A DNA stretch of 64,000 nucleotides from positions 1,042 through 65,041 of the forward strand of contig JBBUCK010000041.1 in assembly GCA_038057845.1 (NCBI GenBank), read 5' to 3'. This stretch comes from Patescibacteria group bacterium (GTDB lineage Bacteria > Patescibacteriota > Minisyncoccia > Phycocordibacterales > JAGLPS01). This document shows, in pieces, positions 37,115-46,327 of this stretch. A program made the position numbers and the translations under genes. Under the pieces are notes generated by a model. It was not told where the DNA came from. It did not search any database and saw only the letters and a list, made by a program, of their open reading frames with translations. Every line of letters starts with the position of its first letter. Positions within the stretch are counted from its first letter, which is position 1.

Positions 37115-37957
37115 CTATTTTGTAGGCTTCCATTCAGTAGTAAGGTATTCAGTCAGAGCTTCTTTCCAAGGACGCATAAGGTTGACTTTTGATTTTGCCG
37201 ATTCATTTCCTACACGGCGTGCAGGCAGATTAAAATAGCTTGAATCAACGGCAACGACCTTAGTTTCCGGCTTCATAAACTCAACAATATGTTTCGCAAT
37301 GTCATAGCGGCTACAGATACCTTTATTAGTGAGATGGAAAATTCCTTTCGCATTTTTCAAAATAAGTTTTTTAAGTGTCGCTATTAAGTCTTTGGCAAAT
37401 GTAGGCGAACCTATGACATCATCAAGAGCCTTTATTTCGAGGATATCTTTGTTTCCAAGTTGCGTAATAATTTTAGCCACGAACTTTTTATCTCGACTCG
37501 GTCCACCGCCAAACATCCATCCCGACCTCGCGATAATATAATCTTTAAGCAAGGCCTGCACAATGAGTTCCCCAGCATATTTTGAGTGGCCATAATAATT
37601 TTGAGGGTTCGGGGTGTCGCTTTCTGTGTACGGTCCTTTTTTTGTACCGTCAAATACGCCTATTGAAGATACGTATACAAATTTAGCTTCGACTGCTTGA
37701 GCGGCTAACGCCATATTATATGTGCCAATAGTATTTACCTCATAGGCATACGATGGGTTTTTTTCTTGAGCATCGAGATCAGTCAATGCTGCAAGATGAA
37801 TAATAACTTTAGGTTTGTGCCTTTTAACAACAGCAAAAACTTCATTCAGGTTCGTTACGTCAAGCGACTCTCTATCTGTTTTTATTCCAAAGTCGACATA
37901 GGACCCAACCATGCCGTCTGCCCCTGTGATAAGGGTTTTTGGGATTTTATTTTTCAT
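37115..37957 (-). CDS. rmlD: dTDP-4-dehydrorhamnose reductase
   Basis: ITGADGMVG, HLAALTD, YGHSK, RSGWMFGGG; directly downstream of rmlB-rmlA; ATG 37957 preferred. Confidence 0.82.
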   Translation of the reverse strand: MKNKIPKTLITGADGMVGSYVDFGIKTDRESLDVTNLNEVFAVVKRHKPKVIIHLAALTDLDAQEKNPSYAYEVNTIGTYNMALAAQAVEAKFVYVSSIGVFDGTKKGPYTESDTPNPQNYYGHSKYAGELIVQALLKDYIIARSGWMFGGGPSRDKKFVAKIITQLGNKDILEIKALDDVIGSPTFAKDLIATLKKLILKNAKGIFHLTNKGICSRYDIAKHIVEFMKPETKVVAVDSSYFNLPARRVGNESAKSKVNLMRPWKEALTEYLTTEWKPTK

Positions 37958-38684
37958 TTTTCCGCTGCTTTTTTGCCAAGAAAATGCCTGCTTCAAGGAG
38001 TGAGTCGATGGTACCCGCGTCAAGCCAAAATCCGGAGACAAAAGAAAAATCAAGTCTATTGTGCTTTAAATACATATTATTTAAATCGGTAACTTCAAGT
38101 TCTCCACGAGAAGAGGGTTTAAGTTTTTTTATATACGAGAAAATACTGGAATCATAGAGATAAAATCCTGTCTGAGCATAGGGCGATTTCGGTTTCTTTG
38201 GTTTTTCTTCTATTGCAATAATTTTTTTACCGGTTTTATCAAATACAGGAACTCCATATCGTTTTGCATCTGGTACTTTTTTTAGAAAAATTGTTGCGCC
38301 CGTTTCAAACTTTTTAATTGCTTTCAAAAAGTCATTTTCGAAAATATTGTCTCCCAATATAACAGCAATGTTACCGTTTTCTGCAAAATCCTGAGCGTAG
38401 GAAAGAGCATCTGAAATACCACCATTGTCCTTGTCTTGTAATGCGTAGGAAAACTCTACACCGTATTCCTTTCCGGAACCTAAAAAATTCATAAAATGAC
38501 CGGCATGCTCGCGACCACACACTATCATAATTTCTTTCAATCCTGACCGCCGCAATGTTTCAATGCTATAGAGAATCATCGGTTTGTTGTAGACCGGAAG
38601 AAGGTGTTTATTCGTGATCTTTGTGAGGGGGGAAAGTCGTGTTCCCAAACCCCCCGCCAAAATTACTCCTTTGATTTTTTCCAT
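37947..38684 (-). CDS. rmlA: Glucose-1-phosphate thymidylyltransferase (short, SpsI-like)
   Basis: ILAGGLGTRL, KHLLPVY, LGDN, EEKP, RGELEVTD, WLDAGT. Confidence 0.88.
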   Translation of the reverse strand: MEKIKGVILAGGLGTRLSPLTKITNKHLLPVYNKPMILYSIETLRRSGLKEIMIVCGREHAGHFMNFLGSGKEYGVEFSYALQDKDNGGISDALSYAQDFAENGNIAVILGDNIFENDFLKAIKKFETGATIFLKKVPDAKRYGVPVFDKTGKKIIAIEEKPKKPKSPYAQTGFYLYDSSIFSYIKKLKPSSRGELEVTDLNNMYLKHNRLDFSFVSGFWLDAGTIDSLLEAGIFLAKKQRKNEK

Positions 38685-38715
38685 TTTGATTTTTTAATTG
38701 GCAGCTTCACAGAGT

Positions 38716-39876
38716 TTAACTTCGAATTCTTCGTCCTTGAGAGCGAGGAGTAAGAGATGAGGGATGTTTTTTTAATCGGCCTCCACCCGAATGTAGTGTT
38801 TCAGTATGGGCGGGGACTTTATTGTTTAATTTATATGCTCTCCACAAGTCAATGTGGGGATTAAAGACGCCTGTTTTCTTTCTTATACGATCAATCCATT
38901 TTGGATTATCAATATACCATTGCAGGGTTTTAGCGAAAGCTTTTTCAAAAGAATACATCGGTCTCCATCCAAGTTCGGAAGTTATTTTTGTCGAGTCTAT
39001 GGAATATCGACGGTCATGTCCCGGCCGATCACCCACATATTCTATCCATGATTCGTCACGGTTAAAGTATTTCAAAATACGTTTCGCGATGTCGGTGTTA
39101 TCAAGTTCATTATCCGCACCAATGTGATATACACCACCCGGGGTTCCTTTGAGAAGACAGAGCTCTAAGGCATGGCAATGGTCAAGTACATACACCCAAT
39201 CTCTTACATGCCTACCATCACCATAGAGGGGCAATTTTTTATCCTCAAGCATACGCAACACAAAAAAAGGAATGATTTTTTCTGGATACTGATAGGGGCC
39301 ATAGTTGTTCGAACAATGTGTCACAACTATCGGCACCTTCCATGTTGAAAAATAGGACCGACACAAAAGGTCTCCCCCCGCTTTAGTTGCAGCATAAGGA
39401 ACATTGGGCGCGAAAAGTGTGTATTCATGAAAACGTTCTTTGGAATCGAGCGGCAGACTACCGTGGACTTCATCTGTTGAGACCTGAACATATTTTATAA
39501 CTGATACATTAGCCTTCACCGCTTCAGCTATATTAAAAACCCCCTCAATGTTGGTTTTTATAAATTCAAGCGATGCGCCATGAATACTCCGGTCGACATG
39601 CGTTTCAGCAGCAAAGTTTATAACATAATCAGGTTTGTGCTTTTTGAAAACTGCATCAACCGCTTTTTTATTGACGATATCACCTTTCACAAAGCGATAA
39701 TCAAGAGTGGGATTTTTGGAGATATCTTTATTGTTGTCGAGGTTTCCCGAATAGGTTAACTTATCGAAGTTAATAATTTTGACCGTAGGATATTTAGAAA
39801 AAATATACCGTATGAAATTCGAGCCTATAAAACCCGCTCCTCCACAAACTAAAATTGTCTTTTTATTGAAATTCAT
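38716..39876 (-). CDS. rmlB: dTDP-glucose 4,6-dehydratase with an atypical C-terminal extension
   Basis: GGAGFIGSNF, DKLTYSG, AAETHVDRS, VSTDEV, PYAATK, SNNYGPYQYPEK, DRPGHDRRY; ATG 39876 preferred. Confidence 0.92.
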   Translation of the reverse strand: MNFNKKTILVCGGAGFIGSNFIRYIFSKYPTVKIINFDKLTYSGNLDNNKDISKNPTLDYRFVKGDIVNKKAVDAVFKKHKPDYVINFAAETHVDRSIHGASLEFIKTNIEGVFNIAEAVKANVSVIKYVQVSTDEVHGSLPLDSKERFHEYTLFAPNVPYAATKAGGDLLCRSYFSTWKVPIVVTHCSNNYGPYQYPEKIIPFFVLRMLEDKKLPLYGDGRHVRDWVYVLDHCHALELCLLKGTPGGVYHIGADNELDNTDIAKRILKYFNRDESWIEYVGDRPGHDRRYSIDSTKITSELGWRPMYSFEKAFAKTLQWYIDNPKWIDRIRKKTGVFNPHIDLWRAYKLNNKVPAHTETLHSGGGRLKKHPSSLTPRSQGRRIRS

Positions 39877-39895
39877 AGTTGTAATTATACTTGCA

Positions 39896-40837
39896 CTATT
39901 CTTTATTTTCTTGATTTTTATACCACTCATATGTGGATGTGATGCCATCTTTGAGGTCTATAGTGTGTTTCCAGCCAAGTTCGTGCAGCTTTGAAACATC
40001 AAGCAATTTTCTAGGTGTACCATCAGGTTTGGTTTGATCCCAGATGATTTTTCCCTCGAAGCCTACAATTTCTTTAATCAATTCTGCCAACGATTTTATG
40101 CTGATATCTTCACCAGTTCCGATATTGACGATTGAAGAATCATTGTAATTATTCATAAGAAAAAAACAAGCACTGGCTAAATCGTCTACATGTAGAAATT
40201 CTCGCAGAGCACGTCCTGTCCCCCAGACAACAACTTCACTATGACTATTTATTTTTGCTTCATGAAATTTACGTATAAGCGCGGGTAAGACATGTGAGTT
40301 TTTTAAGTCGAAATTGTCATGCGGACCATATAAATTAGTTGGCATAACTGAAATAAAATTTGTTCCGTATTGTTTGTTATATGACTGGCACATGATAATC
40401 CCAGCAATTTTAGCGATAGCATAGGCTGTATTGGTTGGTTCAAGTGAGCCTGTTAAAAGATATTCTTCTTTAATTGGCTGCTCTGCAAGTCGTGGGTAAA
40501 TGCATGAACTTCCTAGGAAAATAAGTTTCTTTACTTTATTAACATACGCGGCATTAATAATATTTGCCTCAATAAGTATATTTTCGTAGATGAAAGATGC
40601 TGGGTAGGTACTGTTTGCATGAATACCACCCACCTTCGCTGCGGCAATAAAAACATATTCTGGTTTCTCTTCTTCAAAAAAAGCACTTACTGCTTTCTGG
40701 TCAAGTAAATCAAGTTCCTTGCGAGTTCTTAATAGGAGATTGCCATATCCATCTTTCTCCAGCCTACGGACAATCGAAGAACCCACAAGCCCTCGATGGC
40801 CCGCCACATAAATTTTAGACTTCTTGTCCATTGCCAT
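39896..40837 (-). CDS. fcl: GDP-L-fucose synthase
   Basis: [52 protein letters not shown]. Confidence 0.95.
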   Translation of the reverse strand: MAMDKKSKIYVAGHRGLVGSSIVRRLEKDGYGNLLLRTRKELDLLDQKAVSAFFEEEKPEYVFIAAAKVGGIHANSTYPASFIYENILIEANIINAAYVNKVKKLIFLGSSCIYPRLAEQPIKEEYLLTGSLEPTNTAYAIAKIAGIIMCQSYNKQYGTNFISVMPTNLYGPHDNFDLKNSHVLPALIRKFHEAKINSHSEVVVWGTGRALREFLHVDDLASACFFLMNNYNDSSIVNIGTGEDISIKSLAELIKEIVGFEGKIIWDQTKPDGTPRKLLDVSKLHELGWKHTIDLKDGITSTYEWYKNQENKE

Positions 40838-40845
40838 ATATATTT

Positions 40846-43062
40846 TTATTCGCTATTTTTACTCTCGTGTTCCAAATCTGCCATTACCATAAGCTTTGCC
40901 AATTCCTTAAATGTGACGTTTGGCTTCCAGCCGAGTTTATTTTTTGCTTTTGAGTAGTCTCCTAAAAGTATATCAACTTCTGCTGGTCTAAAATATTTCA
41001 GGTCAACTTCAATAATAGTTTTACCTGTCTTTCTATCAATACCTTTTTCATTGAGACCTTTGCCTTTCCAGACAATGTCCATATCAAGATATTTTGCCGT
41101 TTCCTCAATAAATTCCCGAACAGTGTGCGTTTCGTTTGTCGCGAGAATGAAATCATCGGGGTTTTTGTGCTGGAGAATAAGCCACATACCATAGACAAAA
41201 TCTTTCGCGTAACCCCAGTCTCGCTTCGCGTCCAAATTACCCAAGTAGAGTTTCTTCTCCTTGCCTAATTGTATACGTGAAAGCCCTCGAGTTATTTTTC
41301 GTGTAACGAATGTTTCGCCGCGGCGGGGGGAATTATGCACGCGTGCTTTTCCAATTCCACAATGGAATTCTCCCGAAGAAGTTTCTAAATCGTAAAACCA
41401 ACCATCGTACTTCTGGATTTCCAAAATTTTTTTCACTTCAGAAGGCTCTTTCTTGAGATGGTGCGTGTCGCATGCAAAACCACCATGTTGGATTTTTCTT
41501 ATAAATGTACGCGAGATCCCCGTTATGTGCGCCATTTCTCTTTGTGATACTCCAGTGCCCACGAGTTGTCTTATAGATTGTTCCTTGAATACATTATTTG
41601 TGGTGGTGAGAATATTCAGTGAATAAAATATTCTGCCATCGTCTTTTGTCTCTACAGTGAGGTTAATATTTTGTTGTGTGGTTTTGTCGATAAGATACCA
41701 CAATCCCATGGCTAATGTGGGGGAATTCGTCTTGAAGTTCTTGAATTCATAAGTGCAGGGGTTTGCTTTCAAGCCGTCACATACATTATAGCCGCGCAAG
41801 AACGCAAGCATGACATGCGAAGGGGCGTTCAAAATAACTTTTGGCACGCGCTTAGTCTTATCTTTGTTATAGATATCGATACTGCGTAGCCAATTATTGC
41901 CACCAGCTAGTTGTAGCTGTCCTACGATATTTTTCTGATTAAAACCTGAACGGGAAGGATAGTATAGTGTGTGACCGCCAGTAACCTTTTTCCATAACAT
42001 ATCGAAATGTTGTCGTAATAGTGGATCCGAGTTTGTGAACTTAGCATGGACACCGATGCCTTTGGTGGCGTATGTGGCGGAACCGTCACCTACCATCATA
42101 CCCATAAGCTCCGCCTCTTCTTCGGAATTGGGTAATTGGCGACTTTGCGTATCTGGTTTAGGAAGATCAATGGAGTCAATACAGTCTCCGATTGCAATGT
42201 TCCCAGTTTCTTTTTCTTCTCCCCCTTTCATAAATACAACATGACTGGAAGTTGCCATGAATGCACCAGATCGTGCATTGATAAAGCGCGGATGTTTATT
42301 CTCCCTTTCAGTATCGTGCGGATAGGCGGAAGCAAATGTCACATCAACCCATCCCTGTTTGCTCCATACTTGCACCCCCGAAACTTCTTTTGATTGATAA
42401 TGCTTAAGAGATTCGTTGAATGTTACTATTTCTCGAATTGGTTTTATGTTAAATTCATTCGAACCGGTTTCTTTGCAAAACATAGGCATAAAAGATGACA
42501 CTGTCTCGTGATTGAATAAAATTCCGTTTGAAGCAAACATCCCATACGCTTCTCGATAGTTTTTTGTTATCCAATAGGCGTAAAGTTTAGCCACGCCGTA
42601 CGGTGAGCGAGGGTGGAAAGGAGTTTTTTCTGTTAACGGTAATTCAACCGTCTTACCGAACATCTCAGAGGATGAGGCTTGGTAAAACTTAGTTTTAGTT
42701 AGTCCGGTTTCGCGCATTGCGTCCAGAAGGCGAAGTGTACCAAGTCCTGTGACATCCCCAGTGTATTCCGGCATATCAAAGCTAACACGTACATGGCTCT
42801 GCGCACCTAAATGATAGATTTCATTAGGTTTAATTTCACTTAAAATACGGTTAAGATTACTCCCATCAGACAGATCTCCATAATGGAGAAATAATTTGAT
42901 GTTGTTTATATGGGGATCTTTATAGAGATGGTCAATCCTATCAGTATTAAACGTACTTGCTCGTCTGATAATGCCATGAACTTCATATCCTTTTTCAAGA
43001 AGGAGTTCAGCCAAATAAGACCCGTCCTGTCCGGTGATGCCTGTAATAAGAGCTTTTTTCAT
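40846..43062 (-). CDS. gmd: GDP-mannose 4,6-dehydratase containing a 391-aa intein
   Basis: [35 protein letters not shown]; conserved GILFNHE|[12 protein letters not shown] split by the insert; exteins total 347 aa. Confidence 0.95.
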   Translation of the reverse strand: MKKALITGITGQDGSYLAELLLEKGYEVHGIIRRASTFNTDRIDHLYKDPHINNIKLFLHYGDLSDGSNLNRILSEIKPNEIYHLGAQSHVRVSFDMPEYTGDVTGLGTLRLLDAMRETGLTKTKFYQASSSEMFGKTVELPLTEKTPFHPRSPYGVAKLYAYWITKNYREAYGMFASNGILFNHETVSSFMPMFCKETGSNEFNIKPIREIVTFNESLKHYQSKEVSGVQVWSKQGWVDVTFASAYPHDTERENKHPRFINARSGAFMATSSHVVFMKGGEEKETGNIAIGDCIDSIDLPKPDTQSRQLPNSEEEAELMGMMVGDGSATYATKGIGVHAKFTNSDPLLRQHFDMLWKKVTGGHTLYYPSRSGFNQKNIVGQLQLAGGNNWLRSIDIYNKDKTKRVPKVILNAPSHVMLAFLRGYNVCDGLKANPCTYEFKNFKTNSPTLAMGLWYLIDKTTQQNINLTVETKDDGRIFYSLNILTTTNNVFKEQSIRQLVGTGVSQREMAHITGISRTFIRKIQHGGFACDTHHLKKEPSEVKKILEIQKYDGWFYDLETSSGEFHCGIGKARVHNSPRRGETFVTRKITRGLSRIQLGKEKKLYLGNLDAKRDWGYAKDFVYGMWLILQHKNPDDFILATNETHTVREFIEETAKYLDMDIVWKGKGLNEKGIDRKTGKTIIEVDLKYFRPAEVDILLGDYSKAKNKLGWKPNVTFKELAKLMVMADLEHESKNSE
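41332..42504 (-). mobile_element. Intein with LAGLIDADG-type homing endonuclease in Gmd (codons 187-577)
   Basis: Starts TVSSF; block B ATSSH; LAGLIDADG-like [10 protein letters not shown] and [10 protein letters not shown]; block F WFYDLET; terminal VHN followed by +1 Ser. Confidence 0.92.
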
Positions 43063-43178
43063 AAAGTTTATAAAGTCGAAAGTCTATAAAGTCCTTAAAG
43101 CCATAAAGTTCCTGAAGCTCAAAAGCGGTAGTGGTGTACTTTACGAACTTTTAACTTTCAGACTTTTGACTATTTTTC
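43063..43178 (-). repeat. Empty (gene-less) inverted AAAGT/ACTTT repeat cassette ending in the gmd ATG
   Basis: Sense strand AGTC AAAAGTC TGAAAGT TAAAAGT TCGTAAAGT AC-[about 25 nt]-AACTTTATGG CTTTAAGG ACTTTATAG ACTTTCG ACTTTATAA ACTTT-ATG. Confidence 0.85.
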
Positions 43179-43427
43179 CTACCATTTATTAATTTTAGTA
43201 ACAACTTTTTTCTTAATCGTCAAGTAGGAGTTTGTTGCCGCTTTTTCCATGTTAGGCGAAATAAGACGAAGAATTTCTTTTCCCAAAATTCGGTATTGAC
43301 CGCCAACTTTGTTTGCTCTAATAAGCCCCTTTTTAAGAAAGCGTTTTATAGTGCTCTCGCTTACCTTCAGAAATTGTTGTGTTTCCAAGGAGGTATATAC
43401 AGCATTTGGTTTTATCTCTTGTTCCAT
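43179..43427 (-). CDS. Excisionase/MerR-like helix-turn-helix (HTH_17) protein heading the gmd operon
   Basis: VYTSLETQQFLKVSESTIKRFLKKGLIRANKVGGQYRI. Confidence 0.85.
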   Translation of the reverse strand: MEQEIKPNAVYTSLETQQFLKVSESTIKRFLKKGLIRANKVGGQYRILGKEILRLISPNMEKAATNSYLTIKKKVVTKINKW

Positions 43428-43580
43428 CCCGTTAGAAGTTTATGTTTATAATAATTTTGCGCAGTGCGTCTGCCGAATAGGCAGTTCCCGTTATGGGCGA
43501 AGCGCTGCGCCCCGAAAGGGATGGAGCTATTCGCTCCTCGCGCTTCGCGTAGTTACTGTTTCGTAAACTTCTAACGGGAT
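43426..43580. mobile_element. ATCCCG...CGGGAT inverted-repeat element with a highly structured GC-rich core, at the HTH start codon
   Basis: 19-bp IR 43426-43444/43562-43580 (18/19 match); TTCCAT direct repeats at 43422-43427 and 43580-43585. Confidence 0.75.
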
Positions 43581-43591
43581 TCCATATGTAG

Positions 43592-43625
43592 TATCATAAT
43601 AAGGCAAGATAGCAAGAAGTGTCAA
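43592..43625 (-). promoter_or_regulatory. Sigma70-like promoter / shared 34-bp upstream motif, copy B (before the HTH-gmd operon)
   Basis: Minus strand TTGACA-18 nt-TATTAT; 31/34 identical to 37030-37063. Confidence 0.65.
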
Positions 43626-43770
43626 CAGGCTTCAACACACACCATCTATTTCTGTCAGATTCTATTCGACCAAATGATACTATGTTCAATTTTTCATATT
43701 GCTTGACTAGAGTTGCTACTTTTTTCCAAAATTAATGGGTATCTTTTAATTCGTCTGCTATAATTGCCCA

Positions 43771-45936
43771 ATGACTAATATGTATGCAATTTTAAAATAT
43801 ATTATTTACACGGGTCTTTTTGCCGCTCTTTTTCTACCGTTTTATATTGATGGAACAATGTTCTTTCCTTTTATAACAGGAAAAGGCTTTGCTTTTAGAA
43901 TTATTGTTGAAATTATTACTTTCGCATGGATTATCCTCTTTCTACAAGACAAAACATATCGACCAAAATTCTCATGGATAGTTGTCACGTTTGCCGCATT
44001 CGCTCTTTCCTTAGGTGTTTCCACTATTCTTTCTGAAAATCCTTACAAAAGTTTTTGGAGCAATTTCGAAAGAATGGAAGGGTTTATAACCGTTCTTCAT
44101 CTTTTCGCGTATTTTCTTGTAGCAGGTGTGATGTTGTCGACTCAAAAACTTTGGACGCGGTTTTTCAATACGTCTCTCATTGCAAGTTTTGGTATTGCTC
44201 TATACAGCTTCGCTCAACTTGCTGGAAAAATTCCCATTAATCAGGGGGGGGTGCGTGTGGATGCGACATTCGGTAATGCAACATATCTGGCGATTTATCT
44301 TGTTTTTCATATTTTTCTCGCACTCTTCCTCCTTCTTCGTAGAGATAATAAGCTCTATCGATTAGCCTATGGTTCGTTAGCTTTTGTCCATATGTTTCTT
44401 CTCTATGAGACACAAACTCGAGGTGCGATACTGGGTTTTTTGGGAGGATTTTTTATTACCGCAATACTCATTGCTCTGACGGAAAAAGAAAATACACATC
44501 TTCGTAAGATATCCTGGGGAATTATCGGCGGTATCATTCTTCTTATCATCGGATTTATTTCGGTCAAAGAAACTTCATTTGTTCGAAATAATTCCACACT
44601 TGTGCGTTTTGCGGAAATTTCATTAACAAAAGACCAAGCGAGGACCTATGTATGGCCAATGGCCATTAAAGGGTTTGTGGAACGGCCGGTCTTCGGATGG
44701 GGACAGGAAAGTTTTAATTACGTCTTCAATAAATACTACGACCCGCGTATGTACAATCATGAGCAATGGTTTGACCGTACGCACAATGTTATTCTCGACT
44801 GGCTTGTCGCGGGCGGAATATTGGGTCTCTCGCTCTATCTTCTCCTATTTATTTTCGGTTTAAGATATCTATGGAAAACGGACAATCTCTCTTCCGTGGA
44901 AAAAAGTGTTCTCACCGGTCTTTTTGCTGCCTATTTTTTCCACAATCTTTTCGTGTTTGATAATCTGATAAGTTATCTTCTCTTCTTTTCTCTCCTTGCC
45001 TATATCCATTCATCTTCCGGAAAAGAGTGGAAAATTTCCACGTTTGACATAAGTTTACGCGTTCAACAAATTGTTTCCGCCTTGGTTATTGCCGCGTTTC
45101 TGTTTATTTTATACACAGCGAACATTATTCCGATAAAGGCGAACAAAAAACTTATTGAAGCGATTTCTCCCCGGCAAGACGGAAATATTTCCCTTAATCT
45201 CGAAGCCTTTAAGAAGGCGCTCTCTTATCATTCTTTTGGCGATGCCGAAACGCGAGAACAACTTGCTCAGATAACAAATAATATGGTAAAAGCTCCTTCT
45301 GTTTCAAATGAATTGAAAATTCAGTTTGCTGAACTTTCCATGTCGGAATTGCAAAAACAACTTACGTTAACGCCCGAAGATACTAGATATCAAATATTCG
45401 CCGCTGTTTCCGCAAATGGGTTCGGTAATTACGAGCAAGGTCTCATCTACGCCCTTCAAACGGTAAAAAGCTCTCCGAGAAAACAGACGGCTTACTTTGA
45501 GTTGGGAACCTCATATATAGGAAAAAGGGATTATGAAAACGCGCTTGAGACGTTTAAAAAAGCATACGAATTAGAACCAAGCTTTCAAGACGCGAAAATC
45601 GCCTATACCGTAGGGGCGATATATGCTGGTAAAAAAGATCTCGAGAGGGAGCTCCTCTCTACGCTTCCGGAACAGATTGTATACTTTGACGACCGTCTTT
45701 TTCGGGCCTATGTAGCGAGAGGAGAATACTCGCGTGTTCTTGAAATTCTTGCCAAAAGAATCGAAATCGAACCGGGAAATTCAAGTCATCGCCTTTCCCT
45801 CGCGGCAGTATATCTTGAACTTGGAAAGCGCTCGCAGGCAGTAAAAGAGATTGAGGAAATTATTAAAATCAATCCGGAATTCAAAGAACAAGGGGAGTTC
45901 TATATAAAGGAAATACGGGCGGGGAGAAATCCTTAG
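43771..45936 (+). CDS. O-antigen ligase (Wzy_C/WaaL-like) family protein with C-terminal TPRs
   Basis: About 12 TM helices, RVDATFGNATYL, TQTRGA, RPVFGWGQESF, DRTHN...GGILG; TPR-like C-terminus. Confidence 0.85.
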   Translation: MTNMYAILKYIIYTGLFAALFLPFYIDGTMFFPFITGKGFAFRIIVEIITFAWIILFLQDKTYRPKFSWIVVTFAAFALSLGVSTILSENPYKSFWSNFERMEGFITVLHLFAYFLVAGVMLSTQKLWTRFFNTSLIASFGIALYSFAQLAGKIPINQGGVRVDATFGNATYLAIYLVFHIFLALFLLLRRDNKLYRLAYGSLAFVHMFLLYETQTRGAILGFLGGFFITAILIALTEKENTHLRKISWGIIGGIILLIIGFISVKETSFVRNNSTLVRFAEISLTKDQARTYVWPMAIKGFVERPVFGWGQESFNYVFNKYYDPRMYNHEQWFDRTHNVILDWLVAGGILGLSLYLLLFIFGLRYLWKTDNLSSVEKSVLTGLFAAYFFHNLFVFDNLISYLLFFSLLAYIHSSSGKEWKISTFDISLRVQQIVSALVIAAFLFILYTANIIPIKANKKLIEAISPRQDGNISLNLEAFKKALSYHSFGDAETREQLAQITNNMVKAPSVSNELKIQFAELSMSELQKQLTLTPEDTRYQIFAAVSANGFGNYEQGLIYALQTVKSSPRKQTAYFELGTSYIGKRDYENALETFKKAYELEPSFQDAKIAYTVGAIYAGKKDLERELLSTLPEQIVYFDDRLFRAYVARGEYSRVLEILAKRIEIEPGNSSHRLSLAAVYLELGKRSQAVKEIEEIIKINPEFKEQGEFYIKEIRAGRNP

Positions 45937-45941
45937 AGAAG

Positions 45942-46101
45942 TTTTTAGCTTTTAGGGATTAGCTTATAGGGGAAGGTTGTAGTTTTTAGCTTATAGCTTG
46001 TAGAAAGATAGAAAGATAGAAAGAGAAGATTCTCCCGTCCCGAATTCAATGATTCCTAGAATTTTTCCTCCTAAAAGCTAACAGCTATAGGCTATAAGCT
46101 A
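45942..46101. repeat. Inverted arms of the TAGCTT/AAGCTA heptamer repeat around a short non-coding core
   Basis: Left arm TTTTAGC...TTATAGC TTGTAG (45942-46003); (TAGAAAGA)3 at 46001-46024; right arm CTAAAA GCTAACA GCTATAG GCTATAA GCTA (46071-46101). Confidence 0.8.
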
Positions 46102-46108
46102 CGCAGAG

Positions 46109-46137
46109 TTGCATTTTTTAGTGATTCATGCTATATT
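46109..46137 (+). promoter_or_regulatory. Putative sigma70 promoter
   Basis: TTGCAT-17 nt-TATATT with extended -10 TG. Confidence 0.5.
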
Positions 46138-46142
46138 ATCCA

Positions 46143-46220
46143 CGTGTGAGTGCATTAAGCACTAGCGACCAAATAAGAATGTCTGCGTAAGCCCCCTCCA
46201 AAAGAGGGGGTTTGCGTTTG
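46143..46220 (+). ncRNA. Candidate small RNA (about 75 nt) bounded by a promoter and a terminator-like hairpin
   Basis: No ORF; 3' hairpin GCGTAAGCCCCCTC-CAAAA-GAGGGGGTTTGCGT; segments recur inverted at 46283-46312. Confidence 0.4.
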
Positions 46221-46327
46221 TAGAGACTATTTTGTTAAAATCTCTCTATATATAGAGTCGTGTTTAGTCACGACGGGCGGCCGCACTCACATTAAGACAT
46301 TTTTGGAGCTAGCACCGCCCGTCATGA

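Noticed and set aside
43179-43427. Excisionase of an integrative element
   Set aside because: No integrase or att/tRNA site; its position at the head of the gmd operon fits a regulator better.
43457-43550. tRNA or hammerhead ribozyme
   Set aside because: No T-loop, anticodon arm or CCA arrangement, and no CUGANGA core; kept only as an unclassified structure.
46257-46327. ZMP/ZTP riboswitch, tmRNA or SRP RNA
   Set aside because: CACGACGGGCGG only loosely resembles the ZTP 5' motif and the 3' CCUGGGC element is missing; no tmRNA ends or SRP loop motif.
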